From contig JAHLWZ010000004.1 of assembly GCA_020536535.1 (NCBI GenBank), forward strand, positions 329,673 to 393,672: a DNA stretch of 64,000 nt, written 5' to 3'. This stretch comes from Pelomyxa schiedti. Taxonomy: Eukaryota; Protista; Evosea. A model generated the notes under the pieces. The model had not been told where the DNA came from. It worked only from the letters and a program-made list of their open reading frames with translations, and searched no databases. A program made the translations under genes and the position numbers. The number at the start of each line of letters is the position of its first letter. The first letter of the stretch is position 1. Shown piece after piece: positions 60,401 to 64,000 of this stretch.

Positions 60401-62738
60401 AGTGGTGGACGGCACAGAAGAAATGGAAGAGCCAGATAAAAGTTGTGGTGACTGAAAAGTAGACGAGGGAATTGGAAGATTTACTGGTTTTTGTATGTTG
60501 GACCCTTGAGTTGCTGATGGTAACTGTAGGGAAAGTAAAGGTTGCGGGGGAGCTGTCAACAACTGTGGTTTCACAGGGACAGCTGTGGGAAGTGGAGTTG
60601 GTTTTGGTACAAGTAGTTGGCCAGATTGTGAAGAGGTGGTAAGAGGCAGTAGTTGAGTATTTGTTGTCCTTTGTGATGAAGCGGGTGCTTGGTTAGGCAC
60701 CTGTGGTTGTGTGACTACAGGGGAAAGAATTTTTGGAGGCAGTACTGTTTGTGGAAGTGGTTTGGTGGTGATAGGGCTGAATGGGTCACTGGGGAAAACT
60801 GGGGAATTTCGCGGAGCCGAGGTTGGATTGGTTTGTGCTACAGGGACAGTGCTTTGGTGAGTTGACAGAGCATCAAAAAAATTGTCCTTCTCCTCACCAA
60901 ACGGTATGGATTGCTCCTGAATTGCTGAAAAGGGGTCAGGAACCTTGTCTTTAGCTGGGATTGCTCTTGTTCCCACTGTTTGCTTGTTCCCCGTTGATGT
61001 TTGTGTTTGTGTTTGCGTTGGTGTTGGTGTTGGTGTTGGTGTTAGTACAGACATGGCCGGGCTGTTCCCATAATTCCCAAACGGGTCATCACCCCCCAGA
61101 CCTGAAGAGGAAGGTTCTCCAAAAAACGGTATGCTCCCTCCTTCTTCAGCCCCCTCCTCGCCCTCGCCTTCCCCGTCGCCGTCGTCCTGGTCATCCCTGC
61201 CGGGTCCTCCCCATAATGACGGCGGCGGTGCGGCTGCAAACGAGAATGGTTTCGCAGGCGACGTAACTTGGGAGGGTGATGCCGGCGGTTTTGTGTTTCT
61301 CGCACTCGCACTCGCACTCGCGCTCATGCCTGAATTTGTTATCGCAGGTGAGAAAACAGAGCTCCCCGACGTTGATGTCGACGTGGGCGCGAGTGTCGAG
61401 ACTGGCTTGGGCTGCTGCTGCTGTTGGTGCTTGGGGGTTAGTATCGACGCCGTGGGCTGTGGTTTTGCCCACAGTGACTCGTTGTGTTGCACGACCAACG
61501 GCGGTTGTTGTTGCTGTTGTTTGTGCTGCTGCAGCACTTGGATGGTGCTGCTGGTAGTAGCTGTCGTCGTGCCTACTGCCTTTGTGGTGTTGGTGGCGAC
61601 TGCGGTCGATGGCCTTGCTGCTGCTGGTGCCGGCGCCGCGGGTGGCGCCGAGAGGAACGGCAAGGGGCCATCATCCTCGGCCTCGCCGTCGTCCGCATCC
61701 CCGCTCCCGAGTGAGCTGAAGAAGTCCTCGCCGTCGGCGCCGCTGCCAAAGGGTATGTTGTTCATCATCAATTCCGATGAGAGGGGAAAGAAATCAGAAA
61801 ATTTTTTTTTTGTTCTGGTGCTTGTGAGGTGAATCATTCTGCGTTCTGGTCTTGTCTTGAACTTTGTTTTATTTTTTTTTACATGCGGCTGGAATGAATT
61901 CGGAGGAATCGGTGTGGTCACATTACTCACTATCGCTGCTGTTTTTGTGGCTCCTGCCACTTCTGTTGGACGAGGTTTCCGATACCGAGGCTTGCTCTGA
62001 GGCTTGGGAAGTGTGCTCATCGGCTATGTCCTTGAGTCCCACGTTGGCGGATGAGTGCCGTTTCTTTGTGTGTAGTAGGTGTTTGCTGTGGTGGTGGTTT
62101 CCGCTGTTGTGATGATGGTGCTCACCCTTGCCGTTGCTGCCCCTATCCTCATCTTTGTCGGATGAGGACTCGAGCGTTTTCCGGGTCTCCCCGTTGCTGG
62201 TATCATCTGGTGAATTGCTTGCTGGAGTGTCCCCTTCTTCCAAGTTTCTGACGGGCCGAATTGTGTCGGGGCGGCAGTTCTTCTTGGAAGGCAGGCGACC
62301 TAAGCAAGAGAGGTCCTTATGTTGAGGCGCAGGCTTAACCGGCTCTGCTTCCACATTGGCCTTGGGTTCAACCAGTGGTTCTACAAGGGGTTCGGCAAGA
62401 GGGAGCTGGAACTCGGGAGTGCGTGGGGCTTCAGGCGAAGGCACAACTTGAGGAGTGCTGCTTTGGGGTGTGCAACTTTGAGGGGTGCCATCTGGTTGTG
62501 TTGACACGGTAGAGATGGGAACTGCGAGAGGCAAGTCTTGGTTAGGTTGAGGTGGAAATGCGCCATTTACCGGGAACATTTGTTGGGGTGGAGGCCTCAT
62601 TGGTTGATTTTGGGGAGGTGGCGACCCATACCCCATGTGCATTGTGGCATATGGGGGATACTGCGGAATTGGTTGCCCTGGTGCCATAGGCATTCCTGAC
62701 CCCGGGGGGTACGCAAAAGAGTCCCTGGGTTGAGGCAT
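57480..62738 (-). CDS. Sec16 homolog (COPII ER-exit-site scaffold): giant disordered Pro/Ser/Thr/Gln-rich N-terminal region plus central conserved domain, multi-exon
   Basis: The central conserved domain exons (about 57771..58400) encode ..IAINEQLWEHALILSHQFPANMQMEAIKQYAQRALPPGDPIRTLYLLLAA.. (compare human SEC16A ..[44 protein letters not shown]..), then ..PIPLLDRWRENLAVVLANN... The upstream 995-aa and 271-aa ORFs (59033..62020 and 61923..62738) are Pro/Thr/Ser/Gln-rich with (TP)n and (SA)n tracts, typical of the Sec16 N-terminus. The 5' and 3' limits are approximate. Confidence 0.55.
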
Positions 62739-62853
62739 TTGCTCGTAATAATAAACAGGTTGCCTGGAAGTTTGAAATTAAAGCCATGTCAAGTACTCTT
62801 CTCTTCTTTTATTGTGTACCCCGGTGGAAATCCTCCCGGCATTTGCGGTTGTC

Positions 62854-63938
62854 TCATTCTTTCCGCCATTTCACGTTTACTTTCCGATTCCGCAAGAAGA
62901 GTTTGGCATCGCTTAAGCTCCTGGTTTTATTGTAACAGCAGAAATGAAACAGGTGCAAAAAAACCTGTGTGATAAGCTCGATGGGTGATATTTCTTTTGG
63001 TGGGACGGGAATTAATCCCTGGTCCAGAGCTTGTTTGTAAATATCTGGCCTGGCCCTCAGCAATATTGGGTTTTCAAATAGATTGCTCTCCAAGAAGGTG
63101 TGAGGTGCTGTAAAGTGTTTACTTGGTATATCCAAACCAGCCTTTAAAGACTCAGTCAGATTTAGAGACTCGTTAAGCGTACCTGTTTCAAACACTTTGC
63201 ACACATCTCAGCAGAGAACAATTCACTGTAACTGTTCTAGGGGTGTGATTATTATTGTTTATAAAAATTTGTGCTTCACAACCTTGTATCTAGCCTCTAC
63301 TTCACAGTATTCCATATATTGAAGCTGGGAAATAAAGAGTGAATAATATTATTGCGATTTGAAAACCGTACATGAGAAGGTGTCCAGTCAATCGCCCGGA
63401 AATCAATAAGGACATGCCTGGGATCTTTATCAACACATTTCAATTTGGCTTTGGTAGAGGTTAAGGTTTTTAATTTCGTAATTCAACAAACCATCAGAAT
63501 GCGCATTGAGGACCCACTCAATCATCCTGGATATATTGGCTGCCGCAAGAGGTGCCTTAAGAGGACACCACCAAATCTCGGTTCCTATTAACATGAACTT
63601 GTGGTATCACCTTAATGTAGATGTAGAACCGTAAAATCCATGGAGACGTTCATAAAATCTATAAATTGCAGGAAGGTGAGCTGTTGGTTTTTCGTGGTAG
63701 GCATCAACAAATCTTTCCTATTGTTGGGGGAGGGTCGTTGGTTCGGTTATTTCCACTGTTTAAGTGTTTGGGCACAGTAAACATAAGGAATAAGAGGGAG
63801 GCATACCGTGTTCCGGGTCAGCTCAAATAAGTAAAGCTCTGGTTCTCTTGTCCATTTATTTGGAAGAGAAACAATAAGACCCACATGAGAGAAAGGCATT
63901 CCGCTGATCATTCTGTGGGGAGAGTGATTAACTTTCAT
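62854..63938 (-). CDS. Hypothetical multi-exon gene (no family assigned)
   Basis: Minus-strand exons encode ..LNLTESLKAGLDIPSKHFTAPHTFLESNLFENPILLRARPDIYKQALDQGLIPVPPKEISPIELITQ.., ..MPFSHVGLIVSLPNKWTREPELYLFELTRNT.. and ..ERFVDAYHEKPTAHLPAIYRFYERLHGFYG... The structure is coding-like, but no confident homology was seen by eye. Confidence 0.25.
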
Positions 63939-64000
63939 AGGGCTGGGGAGGGATACTTGGCTAATGTAGGAACTGGACCAGCTCCGGAAAACAAAATTAT

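Overview
This window is eukaryotic nuclear DNA, not prokaryotic. Recognisable genes are split into many small exons by very short GT..AG introns (about 42-65 nt, one of 179 nt) and are missing from the M-initiated ORF track. Translation EF-1alpha is clearly present; it has no opisthokont-specific insertion and uses TGA as its stop codon. By eye the EF-1alpha looks closest to amoebozoan or plant-type sequences, so I infer a non-opisthokont protist host; I cannot name the species. GC content alternates between moderate and GC-rich low-complexity coding islands.

Genes I can support, from start to end of the window:
- U2AF small-subunit first exon (minus strand, runs off the window start)
- V-ATPase subunit G (3 exons, minus)
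- Condensin-II kleisin NCAPH2 homolog (plus, divergent from V-ATPase G)
- Secreted metallo-beta-lactamase-fold hydrolase (minus)
- ArfGAP-like zinc-finger fragment with a frame problem (minus)
- A giant actin-binding protein: tandem CH domains, then about 6 kb of ~100-nt coiled-coil exons, then an EF-hand-like tail (plus)
- Ser/Thr/Pro-rich membrane mucin-like protein (minus)
- Diacylglycerol kinase with C1 domains (minus)
- CLPB/Skd3-like protein: ankyrin repeats plus a Clp-D2-type AAA+ domain (plus)
- LOG/SLOG-like Rossmann-fold protein (minus)
- APH/choline-kinase-like kinase (plus)
- Intronless 822-aa divergent ankyrin-repeat ORF (plus)
- Carbon-nitrogen hydrolase of the nitrilase superfamily (plus)
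- EF-1alpha with an unusual C-terminal extension (minus)
- FYVE finger protein (minus)
- ACAT/DGAT1-family MBOAT acyltransferase (plus)
- Selenophosphate synthetase SPS2, with an in-frame TGA selenocysteine codon next to a splice junction (minus)
- F-box protein (plus)
- Frameshifted Hsp70 fragment carrying a 101-bp direct duplication (plus)
- Intronless Sel1-repeat protein (plus)
- Secreted protein made of Notch/LNR repeats (minus)
- Mucin-like secreted protein (minus)
- Sec16 homolog with a giant disordered N-terminus (minus)

No tRNA, rRNA, CRISPR or clear transposon was seen. The most interesting signals are the SPS2 selenoprotein recoding site, the two large intronless repeat-protein ORFs (ankyrin-like and Sel1) in an otherwise intron-dense genome, the Hsp70 remnant with its duplication beside the Sel1 gene, the EF-1alpha tail, and the modular-exon giant cytoskeletal gene.
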